Positions 11,004-23,712 of a stretch of 55,235 nt of DNA are shown piece after piece. The notes under the pieces were generated by a model. That model had not been told where the DNA came from. It saw only the letters and a list, made by a program, of their open reading frames with translations, and made no database searches. Both the position numbers and the translations under genes were made by a program. This DNA is from Girardia tigrina. Its lineage: Eukaryota. The stretch lies in the NCBI GenBank assembly GCA_001938485.1, contig MQRK01234412.1, positions 1 through 55,235 on the forward strand, written 5' to 3'. Numbering within the stretch: the stretch's first letter is position 1; the number at the start of each line of letters is the position of its first letter.

Positions 11004-14000
11004 TGTTGCGATCGGAAGTGTATAAACTTCAAAAGGAAACCCTTTTTCCCCTGTAACAATCACCCGTTGAGAAGATTCGTAATAATGTGGAGATAGTCAA
11101 ACTCGACTATCTCCGATTAGGTGTAAATAAGCCTCAAGCACGGGTAATGCGACAAGGATGAAGAGAAAGGTCCCTTGGAGTAGGTTACGTTACAGTTCTG
11201 TCGAGGCCAACTTCAGGAAACCTTGTAGAGACCCTAAAAAGAAAGAAAAAGTTAATTAAAAGCCTTGATTAATTTAAAATTACCAGCAATGATTCAGTGT
11301 GAATCATGCAACTGCCGAGTTTTAATTGAACCCACAAACATCCCGAGAGTGTAAACCTGATAATTAAATGTTTACTTAAGTGACATATGTTGCCTGAATA
11401 CCTGTAAATCTAACTAATCTTCGAACATCCTATGTTGTCCACACGGACGACGATGTAGTGCCGCTGCATGACAAAGAAGACTGCTGGAGGTTTGCAACAT
11501 AGTTACCTGAAGTGTAGGTTGATTAAATGTAAATAACAGTGAAGAATAATTCTACTTGATTATTATCAAAAGTCTTTAACTGCTTAAACGGGGACCAGTT
11601 TAAGTTTATTCAGAGAACCAGATGCTGAATGATAAATAATCAGTTCAGACGAATCTTGCAATCATGTTCCCCCCCTCCCACCTTCCTGTCATGTAAACAG
11701 GATAAAGACAAATGATGTATACCTACAGACTTCCCGAGAACGTCAGACTGGATGTGTAACCAATGCAGTATATATACCGTGCACATCCTGACGGTACAAC
11801 ACACAAAAACCCAATATTTTCAGACACATTTAATTTTCACAATTTTTAAAAATTTCTATCTTTGAAGTACAGTTTTCTTAAGAAATCTCATACCGAGTTC
11901 TACGACGAATTATCCCTTTGATTGCTTTGTACGAATATTACACATCGAAATATTGTTCGTAATCTATTATCAGTTCCAAGCGACACAGTTACGGAAGGTA
12001 TACAATATCTAATTATCATTTTGATATGCTCTAATTCGTTTTATTTTCTTTATTCATTTCATATTATGTATAATTAATTGAGGCTTCGTATGACGATTAT
12101 AACATTAAAACCCATTCTGTTTGGTTTTTTATTCAATGCAACATTATGATATTTTTGATTTAATATATGTATTTAATGAATACTTTTCGTGTTATTCTTA
12201 TTTACTATCCCGATTGATTGTTAAACTACGAGGAGAATACATTAATAGCTCGCGATCGTGGTACGAGTTGTGAAGCGTTGACAAAGTGGTTAAGAGATCG
12301 ATGTCGTGAGAAGGTAATGAGTCGAAAGGAGACAGTGTTAGGTAGTGTTGTAGAGCCGAGGGAGGTGGAGACGGTGAGAGCAGTATGAGTTGGTAGGGAT
12401 AGGTGTATATAGTAGGACATATCTTCTATTAGAATCGGTGTGCTTGATAGAGTTGTTTTAAAGATTAACATATTATTACCGTGGCGTTCCGTTGTCAGTG
12501 TCAATCCACGTGAATTCTGATTTAATAGTTTAATTAATTCTGGTTTGATAATATTCTGATTTAATATTTCCTTCTGATTTAATAATTGAATTCTGATTTA
12601 ATAGTTTAATTAATTCTGATTTAATAATATTCTGATTTAATAATTGGATTCTACTTAATAATTTCCGATTTAATAATTAATAACCTGATTTAATCAACCT
12701 CGCCCTTAATCCAGAGTGAGTCTTTCGGAATTTTGACGTAGATAGAATGGTGATGGGAGTAATGTAGAACCACGGAGAACAGGTCTACCGAAGGACAATA
12801 AACATGGTTGGCCTTGTAATCAATGACTGAAGTAGAGAATTGGTTTTATTAACCGAACATTCCGCCTGACTCCGTGTATCGACTTCTTGACGGTAAATTG
12901 TACTCAAGTTAAATGGGTCGTACTAGTAGTACATTAAACGAGATGAATTACAAAATCAAAGTTTCTAGTATGTGTTTATCGATACGATAAATCGTGTCCG
13001 AAGTCTAATCTACATATTCCGTTATGATAATGACAACCGCCAATTGTTTATATAAGATTCTGTTCACCAATAAGACCTATTCAATTTTTATTTATAATTG
13101 TTGTCAATAATAATAATAAATAAAATAGAAGATCTAGTATCCATGGTATATTTGGTAAATGGAAATACTGTTTTATTAACACATAAAGATAGAGAGAATT
13201 TTGGAAAATTATGTAGATATAATTGAGTTGAGAAATCCAAACAACCGGTTTAACTTTACTCTTGGGGAGTTATTCGTATAAATCAATTGATTCATTTAAA
13301 ATTCATTTTGCGTTAATTCATCAATCTATTATTACATTGAAATAAACATTCTGAATGAAATAAAATATAGTAGAATCAAGCAGAGAATTCCGAATAAAAT
13401 AAATAAAGTAAAACTTACATTTAAATCTAACACCAAGGTCTGTTCGAAGATTAAATTCTATACATTATTGATGACGTCGTTAAACATGTCAGAAAGGTTA
13501 TACAATACAAACAAAATTGTTGTTAGAAACGAAGACCCTTCAACAATAAAAGGGTTAAGACTAAAGCTCCTATTTAAAATCGAAATTTTCAATCAAAATC
13601 GGAAAACCTTTAAAATTATAATAGAGGGAAAGGTTAAAATGTTTAGAAAATAATATTACATGAACTAAACTGTTAACAGAAGCGAAGAACCTTTTGGAGA
13701 TGACTCAGGCCTACCGCAGTATGCAAGGGGAACGCGGATTGACCGAAGTTTATTTTCCTAAGGCTCTCTGCATCTGACGTGATTAAAAACTAACGCCTCA
13801 AAATATTGAACAGTAATGAAAATATTATCAACTCTTCAGGCACTGAGACCACCAGTCGGGCAATACCCGTTACTGGTTTGAACCCGAAGGCGTTCCGAAG
13901 CACACACAACCTGTTGATGTGAGCGGAGGAGGCGCGTCTGTTCCCTTGAACAAGGAGTAATTGTCGAGTACGTAGGGAACATGAGTTGCTGTTGAGCTCA

Positions 14001-14058
14001 AAAAACGGATAGGGGCTCTGAGTCAACACAAATGATGTCATGAGAAGGAAACACGACA
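11004..14058. mobile_element. 3,055-bp solo LTR (or non-autonomous LTR element) inserted into an integrase
   Basis: Termini TGTTGCG...CACGACA (TG..CA, imperfect inverted repeat); 4-bp TSD CTAA at 11000-11003 and 14059-14062; the integrase continues on both sides; no long ORF inside. Confidence 0.82.
12515..12695. repeat. Array of ~10 TTCTGATTTAATA motifs inside the long LTR
   Basis: Motif recurs every ~14-23 bp with short, partly duplicated spacers. Confidence 0.85.
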
Positions 14059-14345
14059 CTAAGATATATTTCTTTCCTTTTATTATCGGCATCGGTCCGC
14101 AAAAATCAATATAAATGTCATCAAACGGTCTTTTCAATGTAAGGGTTTTTGTTTCTTCTTTAATTATTCATGTGTAAGGTTTCACTGTCTGACAAGCAAT
14201 GAAGTTTTCTGTAACTATTTTAACTTGTTCAATGAAATCTTCAATATCATATTCATTTCGCATAAATGAATACGTTTTCATAAATCCAACAGACATAAAT
14301 ATCTATAGAAAAAGATTATACAAGCCTGTTGTTCATTTTTAGACT
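14059..14345 (-). mobile_element. Ty3/gypsy integrase N-terminal part (continues at 11003)
   Basis: VGFMKTYSFMRNEY...IACQTVKPYT...KRPFDDIYIDFCGPMPIIKGKKYIL: degenerate zinc-binding region and first catalytic D. Confidence 0.85.
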
Positions 14346-14649
14346 ACATCAAATCAGGGAAAGGTAAAAAAGTTGTTCCCAGATAAGAGACAAAAGTATG
14401 AAAATGATCAGGGAAACGAGGATGCATGATCGCAAAGAGAGGTGATCAATGTGCTTCATTAAGTGATGAAATTAAGTATGATTGTGCGTGTGATTGTATA
14501 TGTAATTGTATGACTGAAAATAACCCCCTCGAAGTTTGTAAATTAGATTGTTGGAAAGAAGAATGTGAATAAAACTGTTTTAGTAGTTAAGTGGAACATA
14601 AGAGAAACAAAAAGAAGAATCAAGAAATTTTAAAAATAACATAACTTCA

Positions 14650-17599
14650 CATTAAATATAACAAACTGGATGGTAGACCAAGTGTAGATTTTTACATTAA
14701 AGATAGAGAAGTACACTGTCTTTTAGACACCGATGCAAGAGTAAATATGATTGAAGCAAGTTTAATTACAAACATACCAAATATTAAGAATAGAACATCG
14801 CGAAGACATTTAGCATGCGCAAATGCTACGGAATTAATAAATTATGGAACAGTACTCCTGAACATTAAAATTGAAGGGAACCAAAAGAATATAAATTTTA
14901 TGTTTTCAAAGGAATGAACCCAGAAATGATAGCAGGAGTGGACTTTTTGGATAATTTTTGGATAAAGCTGATTAAGAAATCGATACAAAATAGTGATGTA
15001 TTTTTGATAAGGGATACCTCGTCCGATGAAGACAGATTGAAAAGAATAACGGACCTATACGGACGTAAAGTCAATGATCAGTTAATGAACATGATAAAAG
15101 AGTTTAAGTCGATATTCATGGCAGATAAATGGGACATTGGAAAAACATCATTGACGAAACACAAAATAGAAACTAATGGTGAACCGGTATTGGTAAAGCC
15201 GTACAGACAACCAAGGCATTTTGATGAAAAATTGGATGAAGTTATTAAAAATTTAGAAGAAAATGATATAATCGAAAAATGTAGTTCACTATGGAACTTT
15301 CCATTGGTATGTGTCTGGAAGAAAGAGAAACAAGAAATACGAGTGTCAATGGATTTTCGACAATTAAATAAAGTTACTCTTAGACTAGCATTCCCTATGC
15401 CAAATGTACATTACATTAAATGGTGCAAAATATTTCACTACAATTGACTTGGGAAACGCACACTATCAAGTTGAACTTGATGAAGAATCAAAAATTAAAA
15501 CGCATTCTCGACAAAGAATGGTCAATATTGTTTTAAAAGAATACCTTTCGGAATAGCAGCCTCTCCGGTCACCTTTCAAGAACTAATTGTGAAAATTCTT
15601 GGGAATTGAACTAGAAGAAAGCAGTTGTATACCTAGACGATATTTTGATGTTTTCTAAAGACAAGAAAGAACATATACAAAGAATAAAGAATGTGTTTCA
15701 AAAAATCAAAGAATCAGATTTGAGGATAAATCCAGAGGAATGTCAATTTCTAGTAGAAAAAAACAAGTTTTTGGGCTACGTAATAAGTAAAGATGGTATA
15801 AAACAGATAAAACAAAGATTGATGCGATTAACAAGTCTCAAAACCCCATCATGTATTAAACATCTAATGAGTTTCTTGGGTTTAACAAATTATTACAGGA
15901 AATTCATAAAAGATTATGCAAGATATTCGAAAGTTTTAGAAGGTATGTGTGGCAAAAACAAGGATAAAAAAATAATATGGACAAAAGAATGTGACGAAGA
16001 TTTTGAGCGATTAAAAGAAAGAATGGTTCAAACTCCAATCTTGGCGTATCCAGACATCGATAAAGAATTTATATTGGACACAGATGCAAGTTTCGATACG
16101 ATTGGAGCAGTACTGTCACAAAAAGACTCGAGTGGAAGAGAAAGAGTTATTGCATATGGTTCTCATAAGATGAATAAACATGAACTTGGTTATTGCATTA
16201 CCAGAAAAGAATTACTTGCAATATATTATTTCACTATGCATTTTAAGCATTTCTTATATGGAAAAAGATTCTTGTTGTGAACAGATCACAAAGATATTAC
16301 CTTTATGATGCCCATAAAGAGCCTAATAACTCCGCAATTTCAAACATGGATGAATTTTCTCAGTAGTCTTGATATGAAAATGGAATACAGGAAATGCAAA
16401 AGACATTCAAATGCAGATGTTATGTCGAGAAACTCTTGAGAATTATGTAGTTAATACCAAAAATCACATGAAGAAGCGAAGAAAGGAAAGATTAAAACTC
16501 GAATTCTAGCGTTACACGAAGAGTCAAATAGTTTCAAATGACGGAATACAATGAAGAAATGGAACAAATTTAAAAAAGATTAGAAAAAAGACAGAACAAA
16601 TAAATGGAAACTAAAAGATGACATTGTAGCAACGGAAAATAATAAGTACTGGATCCCGAAAACAAAAAGAACTGATTTTATTGAAGATATACATAAGATG
16701 TTATGTTATGCCGGGAGTACTGTTGGAAGGAGGGTATGCAGCTGTTTCCAAAATATCATTTTCAAATACAATTCAAAAAAGTCGAATAGGTGTAAAAAAA
16801 TGAATCAGTAGTATACGTAATAATTAACGGGACGCAACAATTTGTTTTTAAAGGAGGGTGAACCAGTTTTTTTAAAGGGAGGGGCGCCGGTACAAAAAGG
16901 TTGGAAACCATTGTGTTAATGGATACCAATATATTTTGGCCATAATTGATCAATTTAGCTGATATATTAGCCTGAATGCAGTTGCCCACTAAGACGAGAA
17001 AACACTACGGAAACCATTGCTGGATAGATTGATATATAAACATGGACTACCTAAAGAAATCCATGTGGAAAGAGGCAAAATATTCGAATCAGATCTATTT
17101 AAAGAAACACTGAAGAAGTTTAAGATAGAAGTATTTTATTCAAGGCCGTATCACCACAATACCAATGGAATTATAGAACGACAATTTAGAACAATTAGAG
17201 ATGCTCTTAATATCAGAATAAAGGATGGAACGCATAGAGATTGGACGGAAGTATTGTCAGAAATAGAATTTATGATGAATATTACCATTCAAGCCACGAC
17301 AGGTATCTCACCAGCAGAAATAATATATGGAAGGAAATTAAGACATTGGTAGAAAAATAAAGAAGATAAAAGAAACCAAATGGGAAAAGAATGAAAAGCC
17401 CCAGAAGCGAGAAGAATTTTTAAAGTTGGAGACCAGGTATTGATAAAGAGAGAAAATGCATCAAAAGAAGAAGACCGATTTATTGGCCCAACAATGATAA
17501 TAAGACGGAGACTTGGAAGAAGTTTAGAATTGCAACTCGACAATGGTAAAATACTAATAAGAAATGTAGAATAGCTAAGGCCATTTAAATCGAGGGGGA
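14650..17599 (+). mobile_element. Ty3/gypsy pol pseudogene (PR-RT-RNaseH-IN) with PPT; 3' LTR begins at 17600
   Basis: Protease CLLDTDARVN (14726), RT KPYRQP/WNFPLVCV/DFRQLN and YLDD (15630), RNase H FILDTDAS...ELLAI, IN PYHHNTNGIIERQFRTI/TGISPAEIIYG, PPT GAGGGGGA (17592-17599) then TGTGCGGG. Multiple frameshifts and stops. Confidence 0.95.
16721..16913. mobile_element. hAT/Charlie-like MITE end replacing part of the integrase
   Basis: Ends AAAAAGGTTGGAAACCATTG (TIR-like CAATGGTTTCCAACCTTTTT); interrupts IN between IHKMLCYAGS and ILAIIDQFS. Confidence 0.55.
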
Positions 17600-17869
17600 T
17601 GTGCGGGAAAATTCGGAATGATGTAAGTCTGTTGTTTGTATGCTGTTTAGATTTGTGACTCTCCTACTCAGATGAGATTCATATATTATTGATTAATTAT
17701 TTGAATCTAATGAAATTAATTTAATGAGATTAACTTTTAAATACTAATTAATTAGAAGTTTTATAATTATAAATTTTAATAATATTTTTAGTGAACGATT
17801 TTAACTTATTAAATTTAATATGTTTTATTATATTTTTATACAAAAAATTTTTTATATGAAAAATTTTTT

Positions 17870-18217
17870 ATACAGTCTCTGTGAATCCATTCGGGATACA
17901 TATAGTTTTATACTAATTTCAAAAATATAAAGTACAAAAATAATAGTAACTTTACTTGTGTTGTAAAGTTGTATGTTGTAAAGAGAAATTTTTTGGCTAA
18001 AACTGAATAGGCTGTTGTTTTTATAGTAGATTTTTCAGCCTTGAAAATTGATCAAATAAAACAAACACTAAATGTTTATAATTTTTAATTTCAAATTTTG
18101 TTAAACTAAATATTATTTTGTTTGAAATTAATAATTTTACTTAAAGAATTATTTTCAATTTTTTCTACATAAATTTTTTTTTAAAAATGTTCATTAATAT
18201 TTTCTGAAACCCTAACA
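17870..18217 (-). mobile_element. Truncated LTR copy related to 19992-20669
   Basis: Diverged copy of ~20310-20669 ending GAAACCCTAACA. Confidence 0.7.
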
Positions 18218-18433
18218 AAGATAATTAAAAGAAAGCTAAATTCCATCATTTATTCTACCATATATTCTCCTTTTATCTGTGATATTTATGTTTTTGAATT
18301 GTCTATAATCAGGCACGTATGCAGATAAATATTTTGGAGGGATCATATTACATAAACAATCTCTTATTTTAATTTAAAAATTTAGAAAAATTAAAATAAT
18401 TTATTATTAAAATGTTGATATTTATATTACCAA

Positions 18434-19340
18434 TAGGGAATTCAATCCCGGGATCCCGGGATTCCGGATATTTTTACCGGGATTGTAATTCCGGGATAAG
18501 ACTATCGGGATCCCGGGATTCAGTTATGAATTTCTTTTTCTTTGTTTTTTTTAAACATTTATGCACTTTTTTTATGTGTTTAGGAGTTTTCAAAAAATAA
18601 TTACTGAAACTGTGAAATATCTTATCCATTGAATGTTTACGTTTTCTACAGTTTAATACAGTGAATCATAAATTAAAAATGAAATACAATTTTTATTCTT
18701 TAAAATACAATTGCTTTTATTTTTCAAATACATTTCTTACCTCCAAAGATCTTTGCACCGTACTGTCAGCTCGCCAATTTGACCTTCCAAAATCAGCTGA
18801 TACTATTCGTCAAAGAGTGATGAATTTCGCCACTATTATTGAAAACTATCAAAATGGATATAAACAGAAGACGTTTGGAAGGAGAACGTTTTTCACTAAG
18901 CAAATTGCTATTGAGGAACTCCTAAAGCATAAGAATAACATCGCGATTGCCATAGTTATTGCACTGAAAAAAAGAATCTCAGATCGAGAAAGCGTCCTGA
19001 TGTTAACGATTAATGTCTTGTCTCGACCGGAATAAGAAAATTCAAACAATGCTGATCTCACACCAATCATAGAAACTCTGTCCACATTGGCTGAGAAAAT
19101 TCACCTGGTGCCTGGGACGAATGAAATTAGCTTTGCGGATAAAGTACCTCCAAAAGAACTCACTATCGCTGAAAGGTTGATGGATGTGCTGAAAGAGTGT
19201 CATCATTTATCGAATTCTCCAGCTGATGACAATGGGAAAGTCGCTATCAAAAGAGAAATGGCTTTTAAACAATCCACTGGTCAGTGTGAGAAAATACTGG
19301 AATCTCTATACGAAGCCTTAATGACCATTCCACCAACAAA
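18434..19340 (+). mobile_element. hAT transposon: left end plus internally deleted transposase
   Basis: TAGGGAATTCAATCCCGGGATCCCGGGATT end with CCGGGA subterminal repeats; LPKSADTIRQRVM and C-terminal KREMAFKQSTG...LESLYEALMTIPPT (start of the hAT dimerisation domain). Confidence 0.8.
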
Positions 19341-19356
19341 TATACCTTTTACAATT

Positions 19357-19470
19357 CAATTTCACACATATGAAAATCGATTTCACATTAATGAAAATCC
19401 ATTTCACATTAGCAAAAATCAATTTCACATTATTGAAAATCTATTTCACATTAGTGAAAATCAATTTCAC
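19357..19470. repeat. 21-bp tandem repeat, 5.4 copies
   Basis: Consensus CNATTTCACATTANNGAAAAT; in frame with the hAT ORF (FHxxENx repeats). Confidence 0.9.
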
Positions 19471-19991
19471 GAAAATATAAATATGAAAACATAAATGAAA
19501 ATAAATATCAAATGTATATATTTCATGAATACCGAATATGTCAGAATATTATAAATGAATTTCTTGAATTTGATTTTTTTTGCACTTATGATGCAGTTAA
19601 TATTAAATATATATATTTGTTTTAATATTTAATCAATATATAAAAAAATTAATCAACATGCCTCGCGGCAAATATAATAAAAATGACAGAAGTGCCCGCC
19701 GAAAAATTTTAGAACTCTATTCAAAAGGAAGCAATCTCAAAAATTCGAAATAGTTGAAAGTGCTTTCTTTTCTAATTTAATAATCCAATAAGTTAAAGTT
19801 AAATAAGTTAAGTTAATTAACTCAAAACGAAATAATTAACAAGTGTATTGAAAATTCACAATTATAACGGAAGGATGACCCAGAAAAAAAATCTTCTTCC
19901 TCGACCACAACAACAAGAAACAGGTCGATTGGTTTTTCTTAAAACAAGACACACTTTACTTGGATTTATTTTTTTTTGAGTTAAGTTATTT

Positions 19992-20669
19992 TGTTGGGTA
20001 TTAAAAATCTTTAATATAATTATTTACTTTTTAAAACACAAATCTTAAATCTTTATTCTTTAATCTGAAATCTGAAATCTGACTCCAATTAATCAGAAAG
20101 GACTTCCAACATAAATATATAGACAATGAACACAAATTCTTTATGAAACTTTATTTCGAATAACAAATATTAACAAGTCAAAAATAATAATAATAATTCA
20201 ATTCTTGATGACAGAACACAAACACAAAACAATATTTCCTACGAGTTAATAGATTACAGTAAAAACTATATAAATTACAACGAACGATATTGTAATTTTA
20301 AAACAAACCTTTTTCTCCCATACGGGATACTTATGGTTTGAAAGAATAGTATTTTAATAAAATAAAAATAAAATAGACTTTGAATTTACGTTACTTGTTA
20401 TGAGAACTCTTGTTAGGAAAATTTTCAGCAGATATTTTTGGGCAAACTAAAACTAGATTTGCTGTTGTTTATATAGTAATTCTCATCAGCCTTGAAAATT
20501 GATAAAGTAAAACAAAAATTAAAATATTTATAATTTTTAATTCCAAGTTTTGTTAAACTAAATATTATTTTATTTAAAATTAATAATTTTACCAAAAGAA
20601 TTATTTTAAATTTTTTTCTACATAAAATTTTATCAAAAGTGTTCACATGTATTTTTCGAAACCCTAACA
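19992..20669 (-). mobile_element. Solo LTR, 678 bp
   Basis: TGTTGGG...CCCTAACA termini; 4-bp TSD ATTT (19988-19991, 20670-20673); related copy at 17870-18217. Confidence 0.8.
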
Positions 20670-21101
20670 ATTTGATTATTATTTTTTGATCCTCTCGATA
20701 TTCTTTAAACTCAAAAATTTGATTTTTCTTTTTCTCTGACTGATTTGAAATTGAGTGAGTTGGTTTGATGAAGACTTGATTTTTTTTCTGACTAGTTTGA
20801 TATTGAGGGAATTGATTCATGAAAAAGACTGGTGGATTGTGGTTTCCAGGAAACCTTTTCTTATCTTCTTAATTCAAATTTCCAATTTTCTGAATCCATA
20901 CTTTTATTGATTTTTTTAATCGTTTTAATAATTATTATAATATAATAATTATTTCGTCTTATTATTATTATTTTAATTTATTCTTTTCTTCCTCTTCGTA
21001 TTTTTTAGGGGTCCATTTGATTTACTCATTAATGTAAAAAAAAATTATTCACAGTAAAAAATATTTCACAAACACACCAGTAAAAATTAAAAAAATTAAA
21101 A

Positions 21102-21909
21102 TGTTGAGTATAATATTTAATAAAAGTATTTTAAAAAAAGTTTTTGTTTGAATTAATTGAAGTAAAATAGAAATATTTACTTCTTTACCATATTAAATAT
21201 GAATTATATATAAATAATGAAATTAAAATTGATTAAAATATATTAATATTATAGATAAAATAATATGGGATTTACTTAAGGGAAGTAAACAGACATAATA
21301 AAATTATAAATAAAAAAGAATAAAAATCTAAGAAAAGGGTATGAAAGAAGAAAGATTTTGTAAAAGAAGGGCCCAAAAATTATATTAATTAAGTCAGTAA
21401 AAAGGAAACACCCTTAATTATATTATTAAAATCAGCAGAAAGTGCAAGAAGTTTTAGTTTAGAAAGATTCGACAGCTGTTATTAATTTAGAAAAGAAAAG
21501 ATTGAAATTGAAGTAGTCTTAAGAAAAACAACTGTTACGTTAGTTGTATAAAAGAAAGTTCAGTCGAAAATATAACGATATAAAATAATAAGAGCGTGTA
21601 GCTAGATCAGAAATTGTGTTAGAAAATTGAATTGAAATTTACAAGAGAAAAATTTGAAAAGTACGAAAGAAATATATTTCATATATATATATTTTATTAC
21701 TATATTATATAAATAAAATTATTCTCAGAGTAAAAGAAATATCGTTTCTCCACCTACCCAAATTCCAAATTCAAACAAATAAGGTTAAGATTCTTTTTCT
21801 AATATCAGTTGTAAATATTTTTGATTATTAATAAATATTTCATATTAAAATCTCTTATTAATCTTTTGATTTTCATTTTAAATTTTATAATCACCCAGAT
21901 ACACCAACA
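21102..21909 (+). mobile_element. Solo LTR, 808 bp
   Basis: TGTTGAG...CCAACA termini, AAAA flanks; homologous to 28490-29276. Confidence 0.75.
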
Positions 21910-21921
21910 AAAATGTAATTT

Positions 21922-22890
21922 TACATCTATGAGAATGGAGGTGATTGGAAGTCAGCCTGCAAGCTCTATGAAATAAATACAAGAACAGCTTACGAATGGA
22001 TTCGCAACAATCAAAATGAGCCAATTTCAAAAGGAGGGTGCAGAAAAACTAAAAAGACACAAGAAGTTGTCGACAATCTGATACAGTGGATTGAAGAAGA
22101 CTGTCAAATAACTTTAAAACAATGTATCGATCGTCTGATAGAAAAATTCAGTACTAGAGTGTGCATCAACACTGTCAAAAATGGTTAGATTGTGAGTAAA
22201 TTTCAGACTGCAGTCGCTAACATGAACTTTGAAGAAAACAAAATGAAGCGTTCTCAATATATTACCTCACTGTTGTCTGCTCGATCTCTAAATAGGACAA
22301 TTATTTGGATTGATGAATCAAATTTTAAATTGTTTTGTCGCCGTAAACAGGGTGCTCAAAATTGACTCCCGGTTTTGCTTTGTAACTCCAAGTTACAAAG
22401 GAAGTAACTTGCATTGTATTGCGGCCATGTAGTCAACCCAGTTGATTCATTTCCAGTGTCGACGGGGCTCCTTCAAGAAAGAAGATTGTCAGCAGTGGTT
22501 TCGACAACTCATAGAGCTCTGTATCGATACTGGTGTTAAGTCCGCAACTTTTGTGATTGATAATGCCCATGTTCATTCGGGTTTGGAAAAGGTAATTGAA
22601 GATTATGAAGATGTTCAGTTACTTCGTATAGCTCTATATTCTTACTTAATAAACCCGATTGAACTTGCGTGGAGCTCATTCAAAACCGCCGTAAAATATA
22701 GTTTGAAGAATACAATGCCGAACATTTTAAATTATGTCAGAATAGACGGGAGTCTAACTATTGCTGAATATAAAATGCACGTTCTGGTGAAAATTGCTTT
22801 GGAAGCAAAAAATGTTTTAACTCCGCAAAAACTCATTCATTTTGTGTTGAAAGATACTATGCCGACATTCTCCAAATGGATGATTTAAAG
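21922..22890 (+). mobile_element. IS630/Tc1-like transposase pseudogene (DD33E)
   Basis: HTH region GDWKSACKLYEINTRTAYEWI...KGG...WIEEDCQITLKQ; catalytic IWIDESNF, FVIDNAHVH and YSYLINPIELAWS (33 residues between D and E); frameshifts. Confidence 0.88.
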
Positions 22891-23169
22891 GACTAAAGAT
22901 TTTGGTAAAATCTTAAGTAAGTTGATCTTAATGCAATTATATGATATCAAAAGTTTTTATCATTTCGGAGTATTAAATTCAGTGTTCAATCAAAAGGTGC
23001 CTTCTTATTATTTTGAGAAATAAATACTTGACCCTCCTAAAAATAAAATGTAAAAAAATATACATTTAAAAATTAAAATAAAATGTGGGGATCAATCCCT
23101 GTATAACTGCCTTTTTGTTTGAGCTCTATGCTCAGGGACTCAAGGTGGTGATTAGGGAGCTGTGAAGAC

Positions 23170-23712
23170 ATGAATGAAGCATCAAAACACAGTCAAAAGC
23201 ACAAAATTTTTCAAAATAAGCTGATGATGAGTGTTTGATAGTCTGCCGGAATAGTAATCCATTGAGGCTTCTTGAAACCAAATCACAGTAGATGTCTATT
23301 AAAACCAATTGGATAAACAGCCGCGTTTGGTAAACAGGTTGACTTACATTGTGAGAATTCAAAACCTCACACTTCACTTAAGATCATGACAAAACTATAG
23401 GAACTTGAGTAAGAACTTCTGCATGATCCTCCTTACTCACCAGAGGATCAACAACAGACTACAAATTCTTCCTCAATTTAAACAATATTTTGATAGGAAA
23501 AAAATTCAATTCCGAAGATGTTGTAAAAATGGCCATCCAGGAATTTAAAGATTTTCGTCCACCAAATTTTTATTCATCAAGCTACCGTTCAAATGAAAAA
23601 AGTGTGTCGATATTATGGGTGCATACTTTAATAAATGACATAAATCTTTGGATATGTAAATTATATATAAACTTTGACTTTAGTTTTACAAATTTCGTGC
23701 CTGACGACCCAA
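23170..23712 (+). mobile_element. mariner element, degenerate 3' half with right TIR
   Basis: PPYSP..TDYKFFL, KKFNSEDVVKMAIQEF, KCVD..GAYF; ends AATTTCGTGCCTGACGACCCAA|TA; same family as 43495-44820. Confidence 0.85.

Noticed and set aside
12515-12695. CRISPR-like repeat-spacer array
   Set aside because: Repeat only 13 bp, spacers 1-10 nt and reused, no cas genes, eukaryotic LTR context.
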